Source of the DNA: Caldisericia bacterium
GTDB taxonomy: Bacteria; Caldisericota; Caldisericia; JAAYUI01
NCBI GenBank assembly: GCA_017999835.1
Contig: JAGNLA010000002.1
Coordinates: 99,635 to 163,634, forward strand
Direction of reading: 5' to 3'
DNA: 64,000 nucleotides
Shown here: positions 9,858-20,370 of the stretch, one piece after another
Layout: every line of letters begins with the position of its first letter
How positions within the stretch are numbered: the stretch's first letter is position 1
Notes under the pieces: model-generated
The model's input: the letters and a program-made list of their open reading frames with translations, nothing else
Told to the model about the DNA's origin: nothing
Databases searched by the model: none
Translations under genes and position numbers: made by a program

Positions 9858-9860
9858 AGG

Positions 9861-11054
9861 TTACACCATAAACATATCCGCAACCATCAGCGAAAGTGAA
9901 TCGGTCAGACCAGCAGCAAGCGCAAGCGCCTGGATGGAAAACATGGTGCACCAGCAGTTGGGGTCGTACCTTTCAGGTCTTTCCCTGCCTGAGTGCATGA
10001 TTGCGCCGTAGCTTTTCGGATCCGGTTCGTCGGATGAGAGCGACACGAGTCTGGCAACAGCCCGATCCAGTGCGTCACCGTAGTTGTCCGGCAACATTCC
10101 GAGCTTGTTGAGCACATAACCTGTGCGGATGAACTGGGCACAGATGTCGGAGCGTTCAAAGTTTTCGCCTGAACCGACAAGCATTGGGAATCCGCCGTTT
10201 GGAAGCTGGTTTTCAGCGACAAACTTCCAGGTTTTAAGCGCAGACTGAATCATATGCTCTCGCTCAAGGTTGACGCCACCGACAAGCAAAGCCTCGATGG
10301 CATAACATGTCGGGTGGAGGTGGAACGCACCGTCACCGTGTGAGGCTGCGCCTTCGACATGTTCCTGAGCCCAGGAATGAACCCATTCCAGCATCTGGCT
10401 GGCATAGTCCCTGACACGGTCGCTCATGGTGGTGTCGGCGTAGTTTAAAAGGCCGATGGCGCACTTGCCAAGGTATGGCTGGATGTCTGTACTCCAGTGT
10501 TTTGCATCGCAAACAAATTCGTTTGTGTCCAGGTCAAATATCGGATATGGCATGCCGTTGCTGGAGCGCATCCTGTCGACTATGAACTCGACGGCGCCTG
10601 CAGCAACCGATAGATAATAGCTGTTTCCAGTTTCCTGATAGAGGTTGACCATGCCGTTGAGGATCATGCCTGTGTCAAAAGTGTAGATTTGCCTGAGGAC
10701 TTTGTTTTGTGTCGGGTAGAATTTTGCAATAAAACCGCCCTGATCCGGAACCCATGCCTGGTCAACAAGCCATGAAGCTGCGTAATCGGCATAGACATCC
10801 CTGGACATGAATGGCAGGATTCTGTCTAAAAATAAAAGTGTCGTGATGGCGTAGCCTGTAATCTCTGAATAAAGATAGGAATACGACCTGTCTGTCGAAG
10901 AATAGTAGGCGTAAAAACCGCCTGCATGCTCGGTTTCTGTCTCCTGAATGCCTGAACCGGTCAACCATGCGCTAGCCCGGAGCAATGCCTTGAGAGCATC
11001 CGGGTTTGTTCGCATTGAGGCTGACACGTCGGTGATTGACCGACGCAAACTCAT
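9861..11054 (-). CDS. Cytoplasmic alpha/alpha-toroid repeat protein (prenyltransferase / terpenoid-cyclase-like or six-hairpin glycosidase-like).
   Basis: Repeated 'Q..GGF' motifs ('DQGGFIAKF', 'QLPNGGFP'). No signal peptide. Overlaps the upstream gene by ATGA. Confidence 0.45.
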   Translation of the reverse strand: MSLRRSITDVSASMRTNPDALKALLRASAWLTGSGIQETETEHAGGFYAYYSSTDRSYSYLYSEITGYAITTLLFLDRILPFMSRDVYADYAASWLVDQAWVPDQGGFIAKFYPTQNKVLRQIYTFDTGMILNGMVNLYQETGNSYYLSVAAGAVEFIVDRMRSSNGMPYPIFDLDTNEFVCDAKHWSTDIQPYLGKCAIGLLNYADTTMSDRVRDYASQMLEWVHSWAQEHVEGAASHGDGAFHLHPTCYAIEALLVGGVNLEREHMIQSALKTWKFVAENQLPNGGFPMLVGSGENFERSDICAQFIRTGYVLNKLGMLPDNYGDALDRAVARLVSLSSDEPDPKSYGAIMHSGRERPERYDPNCWCTMFSIQALALAAGLTDSLSLMVADMFMV

Positions 11055-13183
11055 GGACTGAACTCCATCCTGATGGTCTTGCTGTCAGCATACCAGGAGA
11101 CTTCGGCTCCCAGCGCTTCGGCAAGCGCGCGGAATGGAAGATAGGTTCGACCGTTTTTGAGTTCTGGCGGGCTAGAAAGATCTTTGGCAGTACCGTTGAT
11201 TAGCATCTGTTTTTTCCCAATCCACATCTCGATGACCGTGTCAAAGCGCTTGACAGTTACTTTCTTTTCCTTGGCTTCAAAACCGATGTCAGCACCAAAC
11301 GTTTCACCTACAAATCTGACCGGAACCATGGTTCTGCCTTCTTTTGTGATATAGGGTGGCGCTTCAAGCTCGACCGGGCGCTGATTAAGATAAGCCATAG
11401 TGGAGCCAACTTGCATGGTCAGAACTATCTTTTCCTCGGTTGCAACCCTGACCTGAACAGAAACATTCTGGCAAATGTTGTTGGTTGTGGCAAGAATAAT
11501 TGAGCCAACAGCCTCGGTGCCTGCCGGGATTCTGCTTGCATTCACATATACTTCGACGATTGCAGCCTTGCCAACGGTCTGGAATGTTGTCGGACGCACA
11601 TCAATCCAGCGCTCGTCACCGGTGACCATACCCTGGACTTCAGTGGCTGTGTCAAAGCGGAGGGTGATGATTTTTCTTGCCTCATCGCCTCTCTTGAGGA
11701 AACCAAAATCAAGTGTGGTTGGTTCGACCTTCATGCATGGTGGGATAGGAGAGACAATTTCCCATCTAACAACAAGGTTGTAGTCGCCACCATTTGAGGT
11801 GATTTTTATCAAAGCCTGGTGGTTGCCTGCATCCAAACTCGTTGGATCAAGCGTAACGCGTATTTTTTTCTCAGATTTGTTTTCAATGCCGAAAAATTCT
11901 GAAACATTCAAAGAAAGATGCTTGTCATCCGTGTTAAGTTTGCCTTCGAGCTTGGTTTCAAACTGGTCAGCCCTGACATTCTTAATTTTTACATCAAGGT
12001 ATGGTGAAGAGCCAATTTCAACCTTGCCAAAATTGAGTTCAAGCGGATCGACTTCAAGGATTGGTCCAGGATGGAAAACCTGAACTGTACCACCCCAGGT
12101 GCCAATATAGATTGCTTCACAATAAATAACCGGTGAAGCCTGGATGACAAAACCCAGGTCACCCTTCCACTCTTCGCGACCGGTTTTCCAGTTCAGGCAA
12201 TAGAGCTTTTCATCGTCTGAACCGAAGAAAACATACTTGCCACCAATGGCTGGTGATGAATAGTTCCAGTTCTCGGTTCTATAATCCCAAACAAGCTCGC
12301 CATTTTCCTGGAAGAAACACCTTACAATCTTGTCGTAACCGCATGGTATGATGACTTTATTTTCAACAAGTGCCGGTGTTGCCCAAACATGGGCGCCGAC
12401 TTCCGCCGACCATACTTCCTTGCCTGCCTTGTCAAGGCAGAAGAACTTTCCACCATCGGTACCAAAGAACAGATTGGTGTCTGAAACAGAGCATGACCCA
12501 TACACTTCAGAACCAGTCTGGAACACCCAGGCTTGTCTGCCCGAAGTTGCATCGAATGCATACACAGCCTTGCTCTGGGAACCAACAAGAATGAGATTGG
12601 CGCTCTTCATGTATGCAGGCGCGGCGTGAACCTCGCCACCGGTCTGGGCAATCCAAACTTTCTTGCCTGTCAGGATGTCAATGCAATAAACCTTGTTGTC
12701 AAGCGAGCCAAAATAGACCTTGTCCCCAACAACAAGCGGTGATGATCTTATAAAATTGCCGGTTTTGTATGACCAGATAAGGTCGCCTCTCTCAAGGCCG
12801 AGACAATACATTGTCCCGTCATCTGAGCCACAAAGAGCGACGTTACCTGCAATTGCTGGCGAACACCTGACCATGTTGGAGGTCTTATAAGACCATTTGA
12901 TAATGAAAGAATCGGTGTCGTAACAGTATATTTTGGTATCATCGGAGCCAACTACAGCATAATCGCTTGTAATTGCTACAGAACCTCTGATGCCCATGGT
13001 CGCCTGGTATGCAGTCCGGTAATTGAATGGTGGCGCTGCCTGATTATTGCTGAAACAGGATCTTGCTGCGTCGTGATTGAACATCGTCCAGTCTTCACAT
13101 TCGACTACGTCTTCAGCGTTCAAAGGAGCCAATGTCGAAAACATGCATAACATGACCAAAGATAATATTAATTTCTTCATCAT
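11051..13183 (-). CDS. Secreted PQQ-like beta-propeller repeat protein with a C-terminal copper-amine-oxidase N-terminal (CAO-N) domain.
   Basis: Signal peptide. Repeated 'G.DDG..Y(C)(L/F)D' propeller blades. C-terminal 'GRTMVPVRFVGETFGA...GRTYLPFRALAEALGAEVSW' CAO-N repeats. Confidence 0.6.
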   Translation of the reverse strand: MMKKLILSLVMLCMFSTLAPLNAEDVVECEDWTMFNHDAARSCFSNNQAAPPFNYRTAYQATMGIRGSVAITSDYAVVGSDDTKIYCYDTDSFIIKWSYKTSNMVRCSPAIAGNVALCGSDDGTMYCLGLERGDLIWSYKTGNFIRSSPLVVGDKVYFGSLDNKVYCIDILTGKKVWIAQTGGEVHAAPAYMKSANLILVGSQSKAVYAFDATSGRQAWVFQTGSEVYGSCSVSDTNLFFGTDGGKFFCLDKAGKEVWSAEVGAHVWATPALVENKVIIPCGYDKIVRCFFQENGELVWDYRTENWNYSSPAIGGKYVFFGSDDEKLYCLNWKTGREEWKGDLGFVIQASPVIYCEAIYIGTWGGTVQVFHPGPILEVDPLELNFGKVEIGSSPYLDVKIKNVRADQFETKLEGKLNTDDKHLSLNVSEFFGIENKSEKKIRVTLDPTSLDAGNHQALIKITSNGGDYNLVVRWEIVSPIPPCMKVEPTTLDFGFLKRGDEARKIITLRFDTATEVQGMVTGDERWIDVRPTTFQTVGKAAIVEVYVNASRIPAGTEAVGSIILATTNNICQNVSVQVRVATEEKIVLTMQVGSTMAYLNQRPVELEAPPYITKEGRTMVPVRFVGETFGADIGFEAKEKKVTVKRFDTVIEMWIGKKQMLINGTAKDLSSPPELKNGRTYLPFRALAEALGAEVSWYADSKTIRMEFSP

Positions 13184-13262
13184 GAGTTAAATATAGCACT
13201 TTGGGCAATTTTTATCAATTGTGAATATTTTTCAGTTCCTGATTTTTGTGCAATCGAAAAAA

Positions 13263-13622
13263 TCAAACCTTTATCAGCAATTCTTGCTCGAGTGCAGCCT
13301 CCATTTTATGCTCAAGTTCCCCTGGAATGGTGAATCTCCCGTTAGCAAGATCGCCCAGACAGCCCAAAATATATTCTATTCTCTCTGGCACAAGTTTATA
13401 AAACGCCCATTGTCCGGTTCTTTCAACCTCGACAATCCCCTGAAACCTCAGAACTCTGAGATGCTGTGACACCCCCGCCTGATTGACACCCAATGCCGAT
13501 ACGATCTGCCCCACATTCAGTTTTCCGTACTTGGAAAGCATTGCCAGAATGAGGAAGCGAGTCGGTTCAGCCAGGGCTTTAAGCCCACCCTCCAAACTGC
13601 CTGAACCTGTTGTTGTTCTCAT
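13263..13622 (-). CDS. ArsR/SmtB-family transcriptional regulator.
   Basis: 'LAEPTRFLILAML' followed by a winged HTH 'VGQIVSALGVNQAGVSQHLRVLR'. 119 aa. Confidence 0.8.
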   Translation of the reverse strand: MRTTTGSGSLEGGLKALAEPTRFLILAMLSKYGKLNVGQIVSALGVNQAGVSQHLRVLRFQGIVEVERTGQWAFYKLVPERIEYILGCLGDLANGRFTIPGELEHKMEAALEQELLIKV

Positions 13623-13666
13623 ATGTAATATATGTTAGAATATATCGATGAGGTATTCTTTATACA

Positions 13667-14386
13667 ATGATGAATATTAAGTCAATTAGTTGTAAATTAT
13701 TACTCGTTTATGTACTCATGGCATCTTTGCTACCCGTCAAAGGAGAGGACCCAAGAATAATCATTTCTTATCCGCTCTCAGGCATGCACACAAGATCGGA
13801 CACCATCCTCATTGAAGGGAAAACCATCGGCTTCTCCCCGTCACAGGTAAAAATTATTCTGGACGAATCGACCATATTGACCAGCATGGTCAATTGCGTT
13901 GACAACCACTTCCAGCTGGAAATCAAGCTTGGTTCAGGAAAGACTACCATAAGCGCACAAGCCAAGGTTGGCAACAACCCAATGGTTGAGTCCGGTTTTT
14001 ATATCTTCAGAGACTGCTCGGTAACCAATATTGTTGGTTCAAGCGAGGTTTACATCAACTCTGACAAACGTGAACTGGTCAATCTTTTTATTATGGAAAA
14101 CAACAGGACAATGGTGCCATTGAGGGAGGTTGCTGGTTTCTTTGGAGCAACCATATCCTGGAATGCCAAGAAGAAATCGTGTGACGTAACACTTGGTCGA
14201 AGAACATCTTCAATTGTCATTGGTTCAAAAACAGCGACTGTTGCTGGTTTTACTGTCGAAAGCAATCCTCCTGCAAAAATTATCAACGGAACGCTCTACG
14301 TTTCATCGAGATTGCTCTCAAAAACCGTAGGAGGAGGAGTGGCATGGGACTCCTACACAAGGACAATAACGCTGGCTGTGCCATAA
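13667..14386 (+). CDS. Secreted protein with a C-terminal CAO-N domain.
   Basis: Signal peptide. 'NNRTMVPLREVAGFFGATISW...INGTLYVSSRLLSKTVGGGVAW'. Confidence 0.5.
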   Translation: MMNIKSISCKLLLVYVLMASLLPVKGEDPRIIISYPLSGMHTRSDTILIEGKTIGFSPSQVKIILDESTILTSMVNCVDNHFQLEIKLGSGKTTISAQAKVGNNPMVESGFYIFRDCSVTNIVGSSEVYINSDKRELVNLFIMENNRTMVPLREVAGFFGATISWNAKKKSCDVTLGRRTSSIVIGSKTATVAGFTVESNPPAKIINGTLYVSSRLLSKTVGGGVAWDSYTRTITLAVP

Positions 14387-14532
14387 TTTGACTGGTATCT
14401 CCATTATCACTTGTATTCGATTTTCTATATTTTTTCTCTAAAATACAAAATTTTGGGTAAACAGGCACGTCAAAAGACCAAAAAATTTATGTTCAAAGTT
14501 GATATTGCCTTCTCGTTGTTTAAAATTGAACC

Positions 14533-17148
14533 ATGAAAAAAAGAATCTCAGTCATTTCAGCAGTTACAGCCTTTGCGCTGATTGTGTCACTGCTTCTTGT
14601 GTTTTCCGGATGTTCCAATGACACAAGCAAAGAATCTGTCCAAAAAATGTTTTTGGGCGGCCAACTCATCGAAAACACTTCACAACAGATATTTGCAAAA
14701 CTATCAGTCAATTTCCCGTTCAAGAATACACCGTATAAATCCAAAGTCGAAGGATTGCCTTCCAACTTTGAACTCTACGAAAATAACGTCATATACAGCA
14801 CATATTACCAAACAGAATACATGGTCAGTCCACCTGAAGGATCGTCCGGTCAATACCCTTACAAGATATTGATGACCTCAGATAAAGAAAAGTTCGAATT
14901 CGAAGGTGTTTTGACTGTTGGAAAACCATCCGATTCCCCGGATAGAGTTGGAGGAAATGTCGGTAAGACCGGATATCTTGGCGCAACAAACATATCCAAT
15001 TTTGCCATCACATCCAAGACGGAGATTGGAAAATTATTGATGGCAAACCCCGTTGTTTTCCCAAATGTCTGTGTCATCGGAACATCCAACGGCGAATTGG
15101 TTGGCGTGGACTTCAGCGGCAAAATTCTTTGGAGAGTCCAGATCACAAAAAACATCATCGACACACTCCAGCAATCAGGAAGTCTTGTAATTGTAAGCGA
15201 CAACTCTGGACTCATTTCGACCTTTGACATAGACAAGCTCTCCAAGGGGGAAGACAGAGCAGAAAACACCTACAGAATTCCTTCCACTCTCTCTGGCCCT
15301 CCAACAATCATTGACAAAGACATGATGGTCATCGGTTCAACGGATGGAAAAGTCGCGTGTCTTTCACTCCCTGATTTGAGAAAAATCTGGGAAATAGACA
15401 AAATTAAAGGAACCGTAATTGGTTCAATATCTGCCGTACCACTTGGCGAAGGTAAAGGCAATATTTACATCAACTCTGCGGACAAAAACACCTATATTCT
15501 CGACTACGAAGGCAATCTGCAGAAAAGGCTCGGGCACCCCGTTATTCCAATCGGCTCTCCATGCGCAAGCAACGACACCTTTGCTGTGTTGTCGGCAAAA
15601 AACCAACTTCAATTGAGATACAGCACAGGCCTCGAGGCCTGGATTGATTATTGCGAATTTGAAGTTGCTGGCATGCCGGTTATAACATCAGACCAAATAT
15701 TTGTTTATGGCAAAAACAAACTCAAATCAGTGTCACGAAAAGACGGGTCAGAGTTGTGGACAATAGATCTCCCTTCCAATATAAACGCAAATCCGGTTGT
15801 CATTGGAGACCACATCGTTATTGCTACCGAGAACAAAAACGTCAACGTCATCAGGGCAAATGATGGTTTGATTTCCTATTCATTCTCCATTGACGGATCG
15901 ATGGTCAACTGGCCATACCTTTACAATGACAGACTTTTCATTGTTGACAGGCGAGGAAGCCTATTCATTCTCTCAAAACCGGCAAACGGCAAAAGCAGCA
16001 AGTTCGACATGAGTCAGGTTGTTACCAATGGAGCCAGCACCCGACCCGACCACAACAACGTTGTAAACACAACCCTCCCACTCAAGCCAAAACTCCTCTG
16101 GTCGCTTGATGGCAGCTTTGCACCGGCCATCACGACAAAAGACAAGGTATACTTATATAACATCGACAAAAAGGAATTTTCCTGTCACAAAATGTCAAAC
16201 GGAAACCAAATCTGGAACATTCAAATTGAAGCCGCCGAAGGCATGTTCTACGGTTTCAGTATCACACCTGGCGCTCACGAAACACCAATGTTTTTCACCG
16301 AGAAAGGCTTGCTCCTTGGTACAAAAAACGGGCTTGTGCTTGTCGATCCGGATACGGGATCTGTTCTGAGCAGGTCGAATATCCAAGGCATCCCCCAGTC
16401 AGACGGAAACCTACTGGTCTGCACAACCGGCAAGGAATTGACCGTTGCCACAACAGACATGAAGAAATTGTGGTCAGTGAAAGGTGAGTATCTTTCGCCA
16501 AACGTCCTGATAGAAGGCGATTTCATCTACGCCGTCAAAAGAGGAGAGGGTGCCGGAAGATTTGACATCTTCGAAGCCAAAACCGGAAAGTCCATCTTCG
16601 ATATCTCAGACACATTGTTTGACATCTCAGCGGCCAAACTCATCTCAACCAAACAGTACATTGTTATCTCCACGATGCAGGGCCCGTGGGTCTACGACAA
16701 GATGGAAGCCAAAGTAAAAGGTACTTCAGGCACGGTCTCACTGACCAACATTCAAATTTTTGAATGCAATTACGTCAACAACAAACTCGTATGTTCAACA
16801 AACGATTTTGGACTCGATTTTGATCTCAAGACCGGTGAAGGTACTCTTTATGCTCCAAAAATAGACGAAAATCTAATTGTAATCAACAATGGAGGACACT
16901 GGATGTTCACCTCGACAAACTACGTCTGTTTGGGCATTATCCCGCCAAAAGAAAAAGTGGATATCAACACAGAGACAATGATGATATTTCCAAAATTGCT
17001 CCAGATTCGCAACATGAATTCGGATATAGTCGCATCAGTCAAAATTGAAGCCAACGACTGCGAAAAATACGGCATTGCCCTTGGTGGTTCAACAATCATT
17101 CTCTCCGAGATATGTGATGGAGCAAAATTAAGAGTATACGGGCCATGA
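14533..17148 (+). CDS. Large PQQ-like beta-propeller lipoprotein.
   Basis: Lipobox 'VFSGCS'. Multiple propeller-blade repeats. 871 aa. Confidence 0.55.
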   Translation: MKKRISVISAVTAFALIVSLLLVFSGCSNDTSKESVQKMFLGGQLIENTSQQIFAKLSVNFPFKNTPYKSKVEGLPSNFELYENNVIYSTYYQTEYMVSPPEGSSGQYPYKILMTSDKEKFEFEGVLTVGKPSDSPDRVGGNVGKTGYLGATNISNFAITSKTEIGKLLMANPVVFPNVCVIGTSNGELVGVDFSGKILWRVQITKNIIDTLQQSGSLVIVSDNSGLISTFDIDKLSKGEDRAENTYRIPSTLSGPPTIIDKDMMVIGSTDGKVACLSLPDLRKIWEIDKIKGTVIGSISAVPLGEGKGNIYINSADKNTYILDYEGNLQKRLGHPVIPIGSPCASNDTFAVLSAKNQLQLRYSTGLEAWIDYCEFEVAGMPVITSDQIFVYGKNKLKSVSRKDGSELWTIDLPSNINANPVVIGDHIVIATENKNVNVIRANDGLISYSFSIDGSMVNWPYLYNDRLFIVDRRGSLFILSKPANGKSSKFDMSQVVTNGASTRPDHNNVVNTTLPLKPKLLWSLDGSFAPAITTKDKVYLYNIDKKEFSCHKMSNGNQIWNIQIEAAEGMFYGFSITPGAHETPMFFTEKGLLLGTKNGLVLVDPDTGSVLSRSNIQGIPQSDGNLLVCTTGKELTVATTDMKKLWSVKGEYLSPNVLIEGDFIYAVKRGEGAGRFDIFEAKTGKSIFDISDTLFDISAAKLISTKQYIVISTMQGPWVYDKMEAKVKGTSGTVSLTNIQIFECNYVNNKLVCSTNDFGLDFDLKTGEGTLYAPKIDENLIVINNGGHWMFTSTNYVCLGIIPPKEKVDINTETMMIFPKLLQIRNMNSDIVASVKIEANDCEKYGIALGGSTIILSEICDGAKLRVYGP

Positions 17149-17174
17149 TACTCTGAGACAAATATTATCCTGAT

Positions 17175-17221
17175 ATCTCCAATCTTATTTACTTATTGTA
17201 GGTAAGGTTGGAGATTTTTTT
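17175..17221 (+). terminator. Rho-independent terminator after CDS 14533..17148.
   Basis: Stem atctccaa / ttggagat with an internally paired loop, followed by TTTTTTT. Confidence 0.55.
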
Positions 17222-17318
17222 ATAATTATAGTAAAATATTTGTTACAATTTCAAAATGTCAATCCACAGGTTTTAATTGAGTCATTAACGGCATTTTGCT
17301 ACATATTATTTTGACAAC

Positions 17319-17741
17319 TTGGAAAGAAGGGTGAACATGAATTTTAACGTCCAATCAACATACAGTCAGGCAACCAATACGGCTTTGGTTACAATTAAAG
17401 GATCATTCGAATCAATGTCGGACATCGACTCCGCCATTGAGGCATTTCGAAGAGTTGTGGTAAACCCCAAAACGCTTGTCTACCTGATAACCGACCTCTC
17501 AAACATTGAATTCACCGCTGTCAATCTGATCGACCAGCTTCAATCTGGACTAAAATCAGTTATCGTAAAAAACGTATGCTACAGCATTCTTGTGGCTCCT
17601 TCTTCAACAAGCGAATCGGTATCCAGACTTTTCAACATTTTTAGTGGAAGGCATCTCCCTGTCGCTCCTTCAATTGATGAAGCTCAGGGAATGGTTGCAA
17701 GGGAACAGGCAAAACAAGGATTGATAGTACCAAAGAACTAA
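17319..17741 (+). CDS. STAS-like (anti-sigma-factor-antagonist-like) small protein. Paralog 1.
   Basis: 140 aa. 'YLITDLSNIEFTAVNLIDQL' resembles the STAS 'DLS.V.F.DS.G' segment. Paralogous to the next gene. Confidence 0.4.
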   Translation: MERRVNMNFNVQSTYSQATNTALVTIKGSFESMSDIDSAIEAFRRVVVNPKTLVYLITDLSNIEFTAVNLIDQLQSGLKSVIVKNVCYSILVAPSSTSESVSRLFNIFSGRHLPVAPSIDEAQGMVAREQAKQGLIVPKN

Positions 17742-17774
17742 TTCGCCACAGGCGAAGAAAATATTGGAGGACAA

Positions 17775-18176
17775 ATGAATTTTAAAGTTGAATCAAGCTA
17801 CAACCCTGAAACAAACATCGGAATCTTGAAATTAATCGGCTCACCGGTATCACACCAGGAAATAGACGTTGCAGTTGAAAACGCTGCAAAAGTCTGGGCT
17901 CATGACAAGCACAAAACATATGCCCTCACCGATCTTACCGAGTTGGATTTCACAAAATTTGAAATCATGAGCTACTACGAGCGCCAAGTTGCACCTTTTG
18001 TCAACGGCAAACTTGCTTTCAGCGTAGTTGTCTCCACAAAGACCTCAATGGATATCCTCTCCAGGGCATACAACGTGATAAGTGGCAGGCAATTGCCAAT
18101 AGTTCACAATCACGAAGACGCAATGGCATTGATCACCAAGGAACAGCAGAAACTGGGAGTTTTCCCGTCTCTGTAA
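17775..18176 (+). CDS. STAS-like small protein. Paralog 2.
   Basis: 133 aa. Same architecture as the previous gene ('YALTDLTELDFTKFEIM', 'SGRQLP'). Confidence 0.4.
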   Translation: MNFKVESSYNPETNIGILKLIGSPVSHQEIDVAVENAAKVWAHDKHKTYALTDLTELDFTKFEIMSYYERQVAPFVNGKLAFSVVVSTKTSMDILSRAYNVISGRQLPIVHNHEDAMALITKEQQKLGVFPSL

Positions 18177-18193
18177 ACACGTGGCCAAAAAAC

Positions 18194-18224
18194 AAAAACC
18201 CCGACTGTTATAGTCGGGGTTTTC
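18194..18224. terminator. Bidirectional Rho-independent terminator between convergent genes.
   Basis: aaaaa-ccccgac-tgttata-gtcgggg-tttt. Confidence 0.85.
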
Positions 18225-18237
18225 AATTTCTTTAAGG

Positions 18238-19149
18238 CTATTTTTCCGAATCTACTTTTTTGCCTAGAACAAACGATGCAGAGTTTGAGTTTTTTACTTG
18301 TAAAGTTTCGACTCCAAAATCACCTGACAACAGTTTTGAGTCGTACCCCACGATTATCTTTTCCGGTTTCACTGCTTCGACGAACTCCTGGGTTAGCGAG
18401 CCGTTACCGCCTGTTACTACAATATAGCTTGTAAGTTTGATCTTTCCACGATCAAGGAGTTTCTGTTCAATTTTTTCTGTGATGTTGCCTGTCAAAATGG
18501 CTGAAACTCCATCACGCTCAAGCCTCATTATGCAGGTTTTTTCTGCATGCTCATCGTTGGCAACGTCTGAAGTCATCGGATACAGGATTTCAAAGGTACA
18601 ACCGTTTATCATCCATTTGCCACCTGCATTCTCAAACTCAAACATGACCATTTTTTTGTTCAGGGTGTCAACTAGCGACTTGTAATTGTCAGTCTGGATT
18701 CCACGAATCAGACCAAATGTACCAACGTTGACCTCGGAGTTTATAAGAACCAGCGCTCCAGCCACTTCAGAAGGCGAGGTTGTAGCCAGAACAACATAAT
18801 CAAGGCGGCTTATCTTGTCTTTCTTGAGGATATCGACTATTTTTGCAGCACCTTTTGCGTCTGATGCACCATAGAGCATGTTAAAATATTTGTCCGTAAC
18901 AAGCACTGGCGAACCTGGCAAATCAAGAACCTTGACCGTTGTTACGGTGTCAAACGTGGCCATTCCATCACCAGGAATAAGGTTGCTGTTTTTCTCAACA
19001 GGCCTGTCCACTTTGGCAGGATCATAGTTCTCAACCGGCTGATAAGGATCGTTTTTGCCAGTCTTGTCTTCATTTGCTGTTTGAGTCGATTGCCCACAAC
19101 CAGCTGCAAACAACAGGATTGCAATCAGCGAAAGTGTGAACTTTTTCAT
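18238..19149 (-). CDS. Hypothetical lipoprotein.
   Basis: Start at '[19 protein letters not shown]', with the lipobox. Its ATG overlaps the metK stop (ATGA). The longer track ORF reaching 19197 was rejected. Confidence 0.5.
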   Translation of the reverse strand: MKKFTLSLIAILLFAAGCGQSTQTANEDKTGKNDPYQPVENYDPAKVDRPVEKNSNLIPGDGMATFDTVTTVKVLDLPGSPVLVTDKYFNMLYGASDAKGAAKIVDILKKDKISRLDYVVLATTSPSEVAGALVLINSEVNVGTFGLIRGIQTDNYKSLVDTLNKKMVMFEFENAGGKWMINGCTFEILYPMTSDVANDEHAEKTCIMRLERDGVSAILTGNITEKIEQKLLDRGKIKLTSYIVVTGGNGSLTQEFVEAVKPEKIIVGYDSKLLSGDFGVETLQVKNSNSASFVLGKKVDSEK

Positions 19150-20312
19150 CCGAGTTTTTCCAGGAGCTGTTTTGAAAGCGTCGTTGTATCTTCCCAAATA
19201 AACTCTGGCAGTTCTCTGCCAAAATGTCCATAGTTGACGGTTTTCTTGTATATAGGCCTGCGAAGGTCAAGCCTTTCGATGATTGATTTTGGTCTCATGT
19301 CGAAGCACTCGAGCACTGCTTTTGCGATTTTCTCATCCTCGACCTTGCCTGTGCCAAATGTTCTGATGGCAAAGTGCGTTGGTTCGGCTCTGCCGATAAC
19401 ATAGCTGACTTCTGCCTGGCAAACGTCAGCCAAACCAGCTGCCACGACGTTTTTTGCGACATATCTGGTTGCATACGATGCCGACCTGTCAACCTTTGTC
19501 GGGTCTTTGCCTGAGAAAGCTCCGCCTCCGTGAGGGCAGGCACCGCCGTAGGTGTCAACAATTATTTTTCTGCCTGTCATGCCGGTGTCCGAACATGGGC
19601 CACCAATGACAAACTTTCCTGTCTGGTTGATGAAATACTGCACGTCGGGAGCAAGAACATCTTGTGGGATGACCGGCTTTACAACCTTTTCAATCAGCGA
19701 GTTTCTTGCGAGCTCTGATATCTGGTTTGGGTTGCACGGGTCAAGCACATCCTCGCTGTGTTGTGCACCAAGAACAACCGACTTTATCCACTTTGCCTTG
19801 CCATTTTCGTACTCAACGACGACCTGTGTCTTGCCATCCGGACCAAGCCAGGGCAAAACGCCTTCTTTTCTTACCTTTGCAAGCTGACGCGCGAGTGCGT
19901 GCGCGTAGTGGATTGGCATAGGCATCAGCTCTGGGGTTTCATTTGTGGCATAACCGAACATCATGCCCTGGTCACCGGCTCCGCCGATGTCAACACCCTG
20001 GGCAATGTCAGGCGACTGCCTGCCGATTGCGTTGATGACGCCAACCGTGTCATAGGTGAACCCAAGCCATCTGTCCTTGTAACCGATGTCAAAGAGCACT
20101 TCACGTACGATCTGTGGGAGGTCAACGTACGATTCCGTCGTAATCTCTCCTCCAACCACAACAAGACCTAAAGTGACGAAAGTCTCGCAAGCTACACGAC
20201 CGGTTGGGTCTTTTGCAAGAATCTTGTCAAGAACGCCGTCGGAAATCTGATCGGCTACCTTGTCCGGATGACCCTCGCATACTGACTCTGATGCGACAAA
20301 TCTTCTTTCCAT
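19146..20312 (-). CDS. metK: S-adenosylmethionine synthase.
   Basis: '[12 protein letters not shown]', '[19 protein letters not shown]' and '[10 protein letters not shown]' signatures. 388 aa. RBS aaggagg. Confidence 0.95.
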   Translation of the reverse strand: MERRFVASESVCEGHPDKVADQISDGVLDKILAKDPTGRVACETFVTLGLVVVGGEITTESYVDLPQIVREVLFDIGYKDRWLGFTYDTVGVINAIGRQSPDIAQGVDIGGAGDQGMMFGYATNETPELMPMPIHYAHALARQLAKVRKEGVLPWLGPDGKTQVVVEYENGKAKWIKSVVLGAQHSEDVLDPCNPNQISELARNSLIEKVVKPVIPQDVLAPDVQYFINQTGKFVIGGPCSDTGMTGRKIIVDTYGGACPHGGGAFSGKDPTKVDRSASYATRYVAKNVVAAGLADVCQAEVSYVIGRAEPTHFAIRTFGTGKVEDEKIAKAVLECFDMRPKSIIERLDLRRPIYKKTVNYGHFGRELPEFIWEDTTTLSKQLLEKLG

Positions 20313-20342
20313 GTCAAACCTCCTTATGGGAAAATCGGAATG

Positions 20343-20370
20343 ATGATAACAAAAAATGGGTAGGTGTCAA
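20343..20370 (-). promoter_or_regulatory. Sigma-70-type promoter of metK: TTGACA-N16-TATCAT.
   Basis: On the minus strand, TTGACA at 20370..20365 and TATCAT at 20348..20343. The leader is only about 24 nt before RBS AAGGAGG. Confidence 0.55.
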
